Virus record (IMG/VR): IMGVR_UViG_3300026085_000093
Span: 64,001 to 128,000 of that record
Direction: 5' to 3' (one strand)
Length of the DNA: 64,000 bases
From: a virus
Taxonomy: Duplodnaviria; Caudoviricetes
Shown: piece after piece, positions 49,308-58,437 of the stretch
How positions within the stretch are numbered: the first letter of the stretch is position 1
Layout of the letters: every line of letters begins with the position of its first letter
The notes under the pieces: model-generated
The model's input: the letters and a program-made list of their open reading frames with translations, nothing else
Databases searched by the model: none
Told to the model about the DNA's origin: nothing
Position numbers and translations under genes: made by a program

Positions 49308-50242
49308 ATAAATTGTTGTCCAGCGGTTCTTCCCGGATTTTGATATACTGTTTTAAAAAATGCACTTTGCTGTGCATTTAAACATTCTTCAGCAATAGGA
49401 ATATCAAGTTCGTTAATAAGTTTAATGCCGTATTCTTCAATAGATTCTTCTAGTCCGTCCATTGATACTTTTGGTTCAACTTCATTCCACATGTTGTTTA
49501 AATATTTAAAATCACGAACATTTACATAATCCCAATCTGTACACATAGTTTTATATAGACCTTCGCGAGCACCGTAAACAGCCCATTTGCCGTTTTCTAC
49601 ATCGGCACCTATCATTAACCAAATATATAAACGATGCAAGTTCTTCCAATGATTACGTTTAAAATCATTTAAAGTAGGTTTCATACCTCTGTCAAGTGCC
49701 ATTTTTACACCTTCACGAAAGCCAGCACGCCAGGCTTGCTGAGGAGTAGCATTATTCATAATTTCACTATAACATGCATTCATTTGAATGTATTCTAAAT
49801 CCCAACAAAAATCTACCTGGGCGTGTGGGTTGTTAGGATCTGCATTTTCATGTGTACGCATGGCTAGTACTTTATCTTTAGGCCAACACTTGATACCACC
49901 GTTACCATACATTAGTCCATTAATTGTATTTCTAGCACTCCAACTAATAACACAATCTTCAAACTTTATATCACGATTCCAGTGGATATCTTCGTGTGTG
50001 TCTAAGTTATATTCTTTTGCAAGAAACTCCGAATTAATGATGTTATCACCGTCAATAGTAATAAATCTATCAGTTTCGCTTAGTTCTGCACATGCCTTAT
50101 GTGCTGCATCACTGCCTTCTACGCCATGTACACGTTTAGCCCAAGGAATTTTCCTACACAAATCTGCATAGTTTTTTTCAGCATTAGGTTCGTCATAACT
50201 AAGATAGATAATGTCATAGTCTAGTATTTTAAATTTGCTCAT
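49304..50242 (-). CDS. GT-A glycosyltransferase-like protein
   Basis: YDIIYLSYDEPNA..NY, RVHGV.G...AH, TIDGD (DxD), YGNGG.K, FRE; homolog of the C-terminal domain of 30999-33563. Confidence 0.65.
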   Translation of the reverse strand: MSKFKILDYDIIYLSYDEPNAEKNYADLCRKIPWAKRVHGVEGSDAAHKACAELSETDRFITIDGDNIINSEFLAKEYNLDTHEDIHWNRDIKFEDCVISWSARNTINGLMYGNGGIKCWPKDKVLAMRTHENADPNNPHAQVDFCWDLEYIQMNACYSEIMNNATPQQAWRAGFREGVKMALDRGMKPTLNDFKRNHWKNLHRLYIWLMIGADVENGKWAVYGAREGLYKTMCTDWDYVNVRDFKYLNNMWNEVEPKVSMDGLEESIEEYGIKLINELDIPIAEECLNAQQSAFFKTVYQNPGRTAGQQFI

Positions 50243-50807
50243 TCACCATTCTCCGACAGTAGGTATCGAATTTTTTAATAGTATACACACTTATGTCGGT
50301 TTTGTCTACCTTAAAATTATCATCAAATGCAACTTTTACAATATTTTCTTCAATCAAATCTCTAAAACCAAACTTGATAAACTGCAACAGATTATGAGGA
50401 TCATTGAACTCTGTAATTGAAAATTGCATAGGAAAATTGTAAAAAGAATCTTTAGATTTTGTTTCTTTTACGATCGCAGTATCGAGTTCAAATACCCATT
50501 CTTTGTTTTTACAATCTTGTGTAACAACAACGTCTGCTTTTTCTTTAAACGGAATTTCAAAAATATCATACCATATATCGGTATTAAAGTCTACTGCTAT
50601 AAGTTTATGCTTGAGTTCATATTTTTTTGTAGTGCTATCAAACGCAACACTATAATTTGTCATAGAATCTTTTGCATCTAAAATATCTTTCACTGCATCA
50701 ATGTCTACTTCAATCCAATTGCCTTCTTCAGATTTAGTATTGCTTACTGATAAAAGTTCTCCATTTTCATCAAAGTAAATAAATTTATTGGTAGATATTT
50801 GTAACAT
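50229..50807 (-). CDS. hypothetical protein
   Basis: 192 aa ORF with AGGAG SD, co-directional and abutting; no motif recognised. Confidence 0.7.
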   Translation of the reverse strand: MLQISTNKFIYFDENGELLSVSNTKSEEGNWIEVDIDAVKDILDAKDSMTNYSVAFDSTTKKYELKHKLIAVDFNTDIWYDIFEIPFKEKADVVVTQDCKNKEWVFELDTAIVKETKSKDSFYNFPMQFSITEFNDPHNLLQFIKFGFRDLIEENIVKVAFDDNFKVDKTDISVYTIKKFDTYCRRMVNEQI

Positions 50808-51662
50808 TTAAACTCCTACAAGTTTTTCATAAATTTCTATAATTCTATCATTTACAAAATCATCTTCTGTATAATGAAAAACGCCTTGCTGAAAATAATT
50901 GCCTATTTTTAATTTGCCGTCATTTGTAAGATACGTGCCTACATACTTCTGCCAACTGTCTACCTTTACATTAGTCCAATTTTGGCAATGTAACTTCATG
51001 TGTGTAAAATGAGGATAATCTCTTACTTTGCAAGTGACTTCATTTTCAATTCCAAGAATTTTTATAATTATTGCAGTAAGCATGTCAATACTTGCTACAC
51101 GTTGGTAATATTTGCCTCCTGCAAACTCTCCTTGAAACTTTTCCCAATTATTAACTGCTAGTTCTAACCATTTAAAATAAGTGTGCGCTAGATCAGATTT
51201 TTTAAAATAATAAAATCCTACATAAGTATCAGGCAAATGAAATTTATCAAATGCTGGCCTATAAAATCTACTTGTGACAATATCATTTCTATATGTTCTT
51301 ACATTTGATGTAAAAAATAAATCCTTTGTTTGTAAAAATTCCCACCAACGGCTAATGTCATCTAGCACAAGCATATCAACATCTAATACAATTGTACTAT
51401 CATATGGAGTAACATGATAAACTTTCCAACGATTATGAATCTTCCATTCCTGTCCTTGTGCAGCATCACCCCACGGTATTTCTTTTATGTAATCAAATAG
51501 ATTTTGATATTTGTCAGGCACAATATCATTTGTTACCAAACAAATTGAACTGTTTGGGTTTGAGTTTTTAATACTCATTGCACAAAGACACGCTTGTTGA
51601 ACATAATCAACATCTGTGTTTTGTGCAAACAATGTAAAATTAATCTTTGAATTCTGGGACAT
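50808..51662 (-). CDS. GT-A glycosyltransferase (GT8-like)
   Basis: A..CAMSIK, TPY..TIVLDVDML (DxD), H.K motif; paralog of the neighbour. Confidence 0.7.
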   Translation of the reverse strand: MSQNSKINFTLFAQNTDVDYVQQACLCAMSIKNSNPNSSICLVTNDIVPDKYQNLFDYIKEIPWGDAAQGQEWKIHNRWKVYHVTPYDSTIVLDVDMLVLDDISRWWEFLQTKDLFFTSNVRTYRNDIVTSRFYRPAFDKFHLPDTYVGFYYFKKSDLAHTYFKWLELAVNNWEKFQGEFAGGKYYQRVASIDMLTAIIIKILGIENEVTCKVRDYPHFTHMKLHCQNWTNVKVDSWQKYVGTYLTNDGKLKIGNYFQQGVFHYTEDDFVNDRIIEIYEKLVGV

Positions 51663-52491
51663 ACATTGCTCTCGTTAAACTAAACTTATTCATTACATGT
51701 ACATTAGAACCCCTAATTCTTAGTGGCATGTAATTACCAAAACTATCTTTTTTCTCTACACAAAATAAAAAATTATCGCCGTCAATATCAATAAGCAAAT
51801 CTCTATCAATTGTATAAAACAATTTACCAGGTAAAGTTTTTGCAAAACCGTTTTTATAGTGTCCGTTCATTATATGTATTGCAACACTGAAAACATAATC
51901 ATTACGAAAAATAGCACTTTTAATTTGATATAAATTTCTATAGTGTTCCCAGTTTTCTGATATATGGTGAAGCAGATCAAAAAAACGTTTGTTGTCAGGA
52001 CTTTTTCTAAAATATACACAAGTTGCCCAATAAAAGTCTATTGTTTTGTCGCTGCATAATTCAAACTCTGATACATCTCTCCAGCCACTAAGTTCTACAC
52101 TATCTTTGTAAATTAAGAAATCATGTAACTGATTAAAACAATCTTTTAACAAACTATTTGCAATTATATAATCTGTATCTAGCAATAGTGTTTCATCATA
52201 AGGAGAAAGATCATATGCTTTTGCTCGTGAAGTGTTTTTCCATTCTAAATTTCTTTTAGAATATGTTCCATCGTTGTATTTTCTATATCCATAATCTTGA
52301 TCATTTGGAATTTCTATAACATGTTCGAAAGGATGACTATCAAATCGTGTTTCTAAATATTCTTTGTTATCTGTGATTACCGAAACAGGTACACCTAGAT
52401 ACTTGTGTACTCTGTGTGCATTAAACACTGCTTGATAAAGATAGTTAATTTCTTTATTGTTTCTTGCAATAAAGAGGACACCTTTGCTCAT
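51640..52491 (-). CDS. GT-A glycosyltransferase (GT8-like)
   Basis: GVLFIA, SPYDETLLLDTDY (DxD), RND..FS.A.H, HVMNK. Confidence 0.7.
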   Translation of the reverse strand: MSKGVLFIARNNKEINYLYQAVFNAHRVHKYLGVPVSVITDNKEYLETRFDSHPFEHVIEIPNDQDYGYRKYNDGTYSKRNLEWKNTSRAKAYDLSPYDETLLLDTDYIIANSLLKDCFNQLHDFLIYKDSVELSGWRDVSEFELCSDKTIDFYWATCVYFRKSPDNKRFFDLLHHISENWEHYRNLYQIKSAIFRNDYVFSVAIHIMNGHYKNGFAKTLPGKLFYTIDRDLLIDIDGDNFLFCVEKKDSFGNYMPLRIRGSNVHVMNKFSLTRAMYVPEFKD

Positions 52492-52835
52492 ACTTCTACA
52501 ATATCCTTTGTTGACCTCTTTTTAACAAGTTTGTTATACTCTATAAGATATTTGTTATTTGCGTTATAAAATTGATTCATTACTTCTAACACAAACAGTT
52601 TTAAATTTTCAATTTGAATAGGAATATCATGATCGTCGATTAACACAGTCTCTGTTTGATTCATGCCTATTAATGTTTGCAAGTAACTTATAAGTTCCAT
52701 GCTAATACTAAATTGTCCTTTGTTATGATAGCAAACCAAAGATTCTTTATACTGCTCTTTCAATATGCGTTTTGTATTTTCTAATGTAATTAAAAAATTG
52801 GCAGAATCTATTGCCTGTTCGAGACGATCGTCCAT
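52488..52835 (-). CDS. hypothetical protein
   Basis: 115 aa ORF with AGGAG SD and an upstream TAAATA motif; first gene after the structural block. Confidence 0.7.
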   Translation of the reverse strand: MDDRLEQAIDSANFLITLENTKRILKEQYKESLVCYHNKGQFSISMELISYLQTLIGMNQTETVLIDDHDIPIQIENLKLFVLEVMNQFYNANNKYLIEYNKLVKKRSTKDIVEV

Positions 52836-52858
52836 ACGGATACTCCTACATAATAATG

Positions 52859-52868
52859 TACGTATTTA
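52859..52868 (-). promoter_or_regulatory. putative late promoter TAAATACGTA
   Basis: In the 39-nt gap between the structural block and the enzyme array. Confidence 0.45.
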
Positions 52869-52874
52869 ACTTTA

Positions 52875-54122
52875 TTATGACGGAGGACTTGCTAAATCGG
52901 CAGTCAGTTGTGTAACATTTGCTATTGTAGGATGAGGTAAATCTACTGCTGTATATGTTGTAGAATTATATGTAAAACTACTGTCAGGTCTAAAAGAAGT
53001 GCAAGAACTATTAAAATCAGCCGTTATGTCGTAATCAAAAAACGTACCAGTATAGTCGTCATTCATGCTAATTCTAAATCTCAACACATTACCAGAGGAT
53101 TTAAGTCCTTCAAGTGTGTATTCGTTATTTGCATAAGCACCGCTTCCTGATTTAGTAAACAAAGTTTGATATGACGCTGTAAGATTGTCTGCACCTAAGC
53201 CTGCACTTGTACCACTACTTGCAGAAGTATCATACTTGTTAAATAATATTGTGCCCATAGCACTAAGCATACCAATCCATTCTGTATCTTTAGGATCAGA
53301 ACCGCCCGACGCAGAAGCGTTAAATCTTATTTGGCCGCCTGCGTTGAAAAAGTATCCTAATGCGGCAGCACTTGTAAATGTAACTGTTACTACATGGTAA
53401 ATGCTATTAGGCGGGCCGCTGCCGCCTGTACCTGTGCCGCCCCAACTTGCTGTTCTTGTTGCACTTGCAGTAGGTGTTCCTAAAGTAAAGTTCGTAAGTA
53501 AAGGCCAACCTGATACTTCTCCATTAAAGTTTACAACATCTAAAATCGCTGTTTCATAATCATTGTAGCCCATTTTTGTGCCGTCGGTCACTGCTGTTAG
53601 TTGAGCATTCCAATGCCCATATCCGCTAAATGTAGTATAGCCTGTTGCATTTAAACCTGTCGTCAACGCACTGTTTGTATACAATTCTATATCTGCTGAC
53701 CCTGTAACTTTGACATAGTAACTTAATCCATTTAGTTCTGTAGTACCTTGTACGTCATTAAATGTTATCAAAACTCCATCTTTTAAATTATGGTTTGTGT
53801 CTGTTGTTACAGTTGCAGGATTTGTTAAACCTACAGCAAGTATCATACCGCTGTGGCCACCTGCTTTAGATTCGTCTGCTGATACTGTTAAACCAACTTC
53901 TGGTACTGCAATATTACTATTAACACTGCCTGTTTGATGCAAGTATGCTGCTTGAACATCTAAAAATAAATTTAACATTTCAGTAGTTGTGATTTGATCA
54001 GTAACGGCTACAGTGGTAGAATAAGGTGATTGTCCGTACAGAGTTTGATATACACCTAGTACATTTGTACGCAGTGTATTATAGTTAGATGCAGTAATTG
54101 TTTGCCCAACTGTAAACGGCAT
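52875..54122 (-). CDS. putative virion structural protein with inserted beta-domain
   Basis: Thr/Ser/Gly-rich; shares AY.HQTG, H..TVTF, FFNAGGQIR, W..M.SA.GT and ..K.GSG.YA.N with 54141-55028. Confidence 0.7.
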   Translation of the reverse strand: MPFTVGQTITASNYNTLRTNVLGVYQTLYGQSPYSTTVAVTDQITTTEMLNLFLDVQAAYLHQTGSVNSNIAVPEVGLTVSADESKAGGHSGMILAVGLTNPATVTTDTNHNLKDGVLITFNDVQGTTELNGLSYYVKVTGSADIELYTNSALTTGLNATGYTTFSGYGHWNAQLTAVTDGTKMGYNDYETAILDVVNFNGEVSGWPLLTNFTLGTPTASATRTASWGGTGTGGSGPPNSIYHVVTVTFTSAAALGYFFNAGGQIRFNASASGGSDPKDTEWIGMLSAMGTILFNKYDTSASSGTSAGLGADNLTASYQTLFTKSGSGAYANNEYTLEGLKSSGNVLRFRISMNDDYTGTFFDYDITADFNSSCTSFRPDSSFTYNSTTYTAVDLPHPTIANVTQLTADLASPPS

Positions 54123-54133
54123 TAAAAACTCCT

Positions 54134-54145
54134 ACTGTACTTATA
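54134..54145 (-). promoter_or_regulatory. putative late promoter TATAAGTACAGT
   Basis: One mismatch to TAAATACAGT, directly before the AGGAG SD of 54122. Confidence 0.4.
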
Positions 54146-55028
54146 AGGTAGAAACGTTAGCGTATGTTGGAGTCGGAACTGACACATATGAACCCGTTGC
54201 CCTTAGTTGAGAAACACTCGAAGTAATATCTGCAATAACTGCTTCGTCTACCCCACCTGCACCGATCGCAGGAATACCGTCATAAAATTCAACCTTAAAT
54301 CTTAAAACTTTATCACTGTCTGCTTTAGCTTTAATTGAGTAACTATTGCTTGCATAAACACCAGAACCTGATTTAGTAAAAATTGTTTGGTATACAGTAT
54401 TTAGATCAAAATTTCCAACTGATGATCCAGGTGAAGATGCAGTAGTTTGCGATCTATCCATAGCAACTGTTCCTACTGCTGACATCATTGATGCCCAATC
54501 AGAAGACTTTGAGCCAGATGCATTAGTAACTGTTGTATTAACTCTAATTTGGCCGCCTGCATTAAAAAATGCACGTCTATGATTTGCATCAGTAAATGTG
54601 ACTGTAAATTCGTGTGTAATTGTTTCTCTAGATGAAATGTCTCCCCAAGGACTAGAACTACCTCTTGAAGATGAAACTTTTGATTCTACACTTGCTTGAG
54701 TAGAAGCATACAAATCATCTTTGTTTAGATATATGTAGTTTCCAATTGTTTCGTATTCTAAATATACAGCATCTGTAATGTCATCTGCGACGTTAACTGT
54801 AGTTAGGGGTGTAGGCGATGCGCCAGTTTGGTGAACATAAGCATCTGTTAAATCTGATTTTAATGCCGACATATGTACTTCATTTACAGTACCGGATCCG
54901 CTTGAAACTGGAGCACTAGTTACAGTATTGTTATATCCAAATCTGCCTGTTCCAACACCTAAAACTTGTTCAACTTGAGACTGAATTGCATTGTAACGTG
55001 CTGCTGATATTACTGATCCTACTGCCAT
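54141..55028 (-). CDS. putative virion structural protein
   Basis: Paralog of 52875-54122; lies in the fibre gene block; AGGAG SD and TATAAATA upstream. Confidence 0.7.
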   Translation of the reverse strand: MAVGSVISAARYNAIQSQVEQVLGVGTGRFGYNNTVTSAPVSSGSGTVNEVHMSALKSDLTDAYVHQTGASPTPLTTVNVADDITDAVYLEYETIGNYIYLNKDDLYASTQASVESKVSSSRGSSSPWGDISSRETITHEFTVTFTDANHRRAFFNAGGQIRVNTTVTNASGSKSSDWASMMSAVGTVAMDRSQTTASSPGSSVGNFDLNTVYQTIFTKSGSGVYASNSYSIKAKADSDKVLRFKVEFYDGIPAIGAGGVDEAVIADITSSVSQLRATGSYVSVPTPTYANVSTL

Positions 55029-55048
55029 CGAAACTCCTAATAAGTACT

Positions 55049-55060
55049 AGTATATTTATA
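55049..55060 (-). promoter_or_regulatory. putative T4-type late promoter TATAAATA(TACT)
   Basis: Exact TATAAATA (55060-55053) about 25 nt upstream of the ATG at 55028. Confidence 0.55.
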
Positions 55061-56519
55061 CCTTTAGCACACACTCCACTAATCCTACATCATCTGAGTC
55101 TTTAGTTTCAAGTGCTACACCTACTAGTGCAGTAGTTGCTACTGTTTTACAAATTCCATCTTCCCATGCATAAACTGCTTGTCCTTTTTTTACAGGACCT
55201 TCTACTTTTACAGGAACACGACCTTTAAGTGCAATGTATTGACCATCTGCTTCACTGTTCATCATAATTGCAGGATCAGTTGATACAACACCAATGCAAA
55301 TATCGCTTGACTTTGCTGGCACTACTTCGCAACAATCGTCAGCACCTACTGCTACTGCTGTTCCTGGCTCTAAATCTGTATCGCCTGTAGTATATTTTTC
55401 TGCTAAGTCAGCATATCTTGCTTTAGTTGCTGTACCGCTAAACACAACGGCTGTTAGATTACCTGAACTATCCCTTGCTGCAATACTATCAAATGTTGCA
55501 GAAGTTGCTGCACTTCTATATGCACTTCCAACTTTTAAAGTATCTGCTTGAGTTGCTGTACCGTTAAAAGTTGTTGCATATACATTTTCAAATTTTTCAG
55601 AACCTTTTCCTAAATTATAAATTGTGCCGTTTGCATTTGCACCAGGATGCATACCTGTTGCATCCCAATAAACTACAACATTGCCTGCACTATCTTTGAT
55701 ACGCAACTTATCTTGATTCATTTTAAACACAGGTGTAATACCGTCTGAATCTATTTCAAAAGTTAAATCTGTGCCTGTACCTAATGTGAATCCAGTATCA
55801 CTAAATGTAACTAGAGAACTAAAGTTTGTTGTGCCTGTTGATCGAACAAAATCACTAGAACTTAATCCACCTAGTTTGTCAGCATTAGTTGCAGTACCGT
55901 AAAATCTATGTGTAGTTGTTGTTTCTCCTGAATTAGAATTTAAAAGTGTAATACCTGCATAAATTGTTGGGAAACCTGTAATTGCACTTGCTGTATTAGG
56001 AGTAAATGTATCTGGACTGATAGTTGAAATTACAGTATCTTCTACATAGGTAGCCAAAATGGCATGAATGGTACCTGTAGTATCTGTAAGTGTAAGACTC
56101 TTAGTCTGTGTTACACCAAATCCTGCGCCAACGCCTTGTGGACCAATTAACACCCAGTTGCCAGATGCTGATCTTACATAAAACTGTTCGTTGTTGCTAT
56201 CCCACCAAAAGTCTCCTTCTGACGAGCCTGCTGGTGCTGTTGTGCTTATTTCAGTTCCGCCTGCTGGCTTCCATGATGTTCCATTATAAAATTTAAGTTT
56301 GTTAGTTCCGCTGTCAAACCAAATCATACCACTGATTGGTTTTGTAGGTGCATTTACGCCTGCAAAGTTTTCTAACAAAAACAAAAAGTTTTCGTTTTGG
56401 CTTTCGCCATAACCACTATAATTCTTACCTACTAACTTCAAATCTGTAGTAGTGTTAATTGTGCCGTCTTCAACATTTGTTAAGACTGTGCCGTTAAATC
56501 TATTAATTGTATATGCCAT
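55056..56519 (-). CDS. putative tail fibre with C-terminal Peptidase_G2-like (intramolecular chaperone) domain
   Basis: Shared fibre N-terminus (YG...NENF..LLENF...P..P..G..W.D); C-terminal YADLAEKY...G...IGVVS..P...ALKGRVPVKV.G. Confidence 0.7.
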   Translation of the reverse strand: MAYTINRFNGTVLTNVEDGTINTTTDLKLVGKNYSGYGESQNENFLFLLENFAGVNAPTKPISGMIWFDSGTNKLKFYNGTSWKPAGGTEISTTAPAGSSEGDFWWDSNNEQFYVRSASGNWVLIGPQGVGAGFGVTQTKSLTLTDTTGTIHAILATYVEDTVISTISPDTFTPNTASAITGFPTIYAGITLLNSNSGETTTTHRFYGTATNADKLGGLSSSDFVRSTGTTNFSSLVTFSDTGFTLGTGTDLTFEIDSDGITPVFKMNQDKLRIKDSAGNVVVYWDATGMHPGANANGTIYNLGKGSEKFENVYATTFNGTATQADTLKVGSAYRSAATSATFDSIAARDSSGNLTAVVFSGTATKARYADLAEKYTTGDTDLEPGTAVAVGADDCCEVVPAKSSDICIGVVSTDPAIMMNSEADGQYIALKGRVPVKVEGPVKKGQAVYAWEDGICKTVATTALVGVALETKDSDDVGLVECVLKV

Positions 56520-56540
56520 TTGTGAGCTTACTCCCTCTGC

Positions 56541-56550
56541 ACTGTATTTA
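56541..56550 (-). promoter_or_regulatory. putative late promoter TAAATACAGT
   Basis: In the 36-nt gap upstream of 56519; the same 10-mer occurs at 61134-61143. Confidence 0.5.
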
Positions 56551-56555
56551 CCTAA

Positions 56556-58436
56556 TTACACACTAGATACCAAATCGTCAACAAATACCCAGTTATAGGA
56601 ACCGTTAATAATAAAACGTTTTAGTCCCCTTACTGGTGAAAATGTTACTGTTGCTACTTGTGTACTAAAACTAATGTCTTGTAAAACTGATTGGTTTTGA
56701 ACACCATTACTATCAACTGCAACAAAACTTTTGTTTAAACTTGCATCTGCATCAAAACTTGTAGTGCCACCGGCGCTATAATCAACAGTGTGGACAAAAC
56801 AGTACACACCTGTGTTATAACCTACAGCAGGGAACAAGTCTTCTAAAACTAATGCAATTTGTACATTAGAAAGTCCTGTAATATCTAATGAAAATTTAAT
56901 ATCTGTATCTTTATATAATTCGTCTACATAACCCTTGGTTGCAACATAGTCTGGCGGATCACTAACTTCAGGTGATGTTACACCTGTAATTTTTACATTT
57001 GGACTACCGCCTGTGCCTGCAACAACAATATCACCTTCACTTATAATGTTAAGCGGGAAAGTAGTTGCTGTGATAGTTGCATTATCTAGATTCAAATAAT
57101 CTACTTGTAGACTCGATAGTGTACCAATGCTTGTTAATCCTGGAGCACTCACAACACTTGCACCCAATGCATTTTGTGTTAAAACGTTTGAGTTTCCGAT
57201 CATATAAGCATAGCCACTTGTTAAATTTATATTTTGTTTATTTGTGTTCCATGCATTATTTGCTAGTTCCCAAATCCATTCCTTATCATCGCCATCGTCT
57301 ACCTTAACAACAATACCAGATTCATTAACTTGTGCATCTGTTTGTGTACTACTATCGTCTGTAGTTGCTAATTCTATTTGTTTGTCTTCAACACGTAATG
57401 TTGCAACATTCAAATAAGTTGCATCACCTTCAACTAATAAATCTCCTGATATTTTTAAATCGCCGGTAATGTCTACTGTTGCTGTAGGCGAGGATGTAAA
57501 TAAGCCAATTCTGCCAGATGATCTATCTAATGTAAAGAAATCAGTGTCAATACCACTTGACTTGTATTGCATTCTAAATGCAGTTGTAGTAGTGTTTTGC
57601 AATCTTTGGTATACTTCGTTACCTGATACAAACGTTCTTAAATCACCATCTGTTCCTACATAAAGACCGTTATCATCATTTACAAAAATAACACCGTTAC
57701 TAATATTTCTACGCTGTCCGCTGCCACTATCTAATGGCGGATCTAGTTTTAAGAAATCGTCCGGTGTATAACTTTGTAATGTCGAGTCAAGTAATGCACT
57801 TGTAGTTGCAGCATTGCCGTCAAACTCAAAATCAGCAAATGCTGTTGAAATATTAAAACCTGCTTTGATTGTAATTGCAAAATTAGGAATAAGTGCTAAA
57901 TTTGCATCTGTTGCTGCTGCTGTAAAGTCTTCTTTACTTACAAGTGCAGCAGGAGAACCTGAAATCATTAGCAAGGCAACAATTCTTTCAATACCAAAAT
58001 TATCAATTACAGTTACAGTACGCCAACCTGTTTCGCCTTGCTGTGCTGTATATCCAGGGCCTGCTAATATAAGATCTGATGTACCATCTGAAAAATAAAT
58101 TTGCTTGCGACCGCTGTCAATCCAAACATCGCCTGCAATAAGTGTAGGCTGTGTGTCTGAAACTGTTGTTGTATCAGTTGCTTTAAATTCTGTTCCTGTC
58201 CAAACTTTTAATCTGCCCTCTTCTGTGTCGTACCAAAGTTGACCTCTTAATGGATTGCTCGGCGGCGCAGTATTGGAAAAGTTTTCCAACATTTGCACAA
58301 AATTTTCGTTAAAAATTTCTCCGTAACCTTTATAGTTACGTCCTACAAGAGTTATGTCAGTGGTATCTTGATCGATACGCCCATCTATCAAATCTACTAG
58401 TAATGTACCATCTGTTTTATTAATCTTATAACTCAT
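56556..58436 (-). CDS. putative tail fibre / baseplate-associated protein
   Basis: Same N-terminal module; GRIGLFTSSPTATVDITGDLKISG beta-repeat and YVATKGYVD, both typical of fibres. Confidence 0.7.
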   Translation of the reverse strand: MSYKINKTDGTLLVDLIDGRIDQDTTDITLVGRNYKGYGEIFNENFVQMLENFSNTAPPSNPLRGQLWYDTEEGRLKVWTGTEFKATDTTTVSDTQPTLIAGDVWIDSGRKQIYFSDGTSDLILAGPGYTAQQGETGWRTVTVIDNFGIERIVALLMISGSPAALVSKEDFTAAATDANLALIPNFAITIKAGFNISTAFADFEFDGNAATTSALLDSTLQSYTPDDFLKLDPPLDSGSGQRRNISNGVIFVNDDNGLYVGTDGDLRTFVSGNEVYQRLQNTTTTAFRMQYKSSGIDTDFFTLDRSSGRIGLFTSSPTATVDITGDLKISGDLLVEGDATYLNVATLRVEDKQIELATTDDSSTQTDAQVNESGIVVKVDDGDDKEWIWELANNAWNTNKQNINLTSGYAYMIGNSNVLTQNALGASVVSAPGLTSIGTLSSLQVDYLNLDNATITATTFPLNIISEGDIVVAGTGGSPNVKITGVTSPEVSDPPDYVATKGYVDELYKDTDIKFSLDITGLSNVQIALVLEDLFPAVGYNTGVYCFVHTVDYSAGGTTSFDADASLNKSFVAVDSNGVQNQSVLQDISFSTQVATVTFSPVRGLKRFIINGSYNWVFVDDLVSSV

Positions 58437-58437
58437 G

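Noticed and set aside
38392-52491. Interpretation as an ordinary bacterial O-antigen or capsule locus
   Set aside because: I recognised no Wzx, Wzy, Wzz, ABC exporter or initiating phosphoglycosyl transferase, and the genes run directly on from tail fibre genes.
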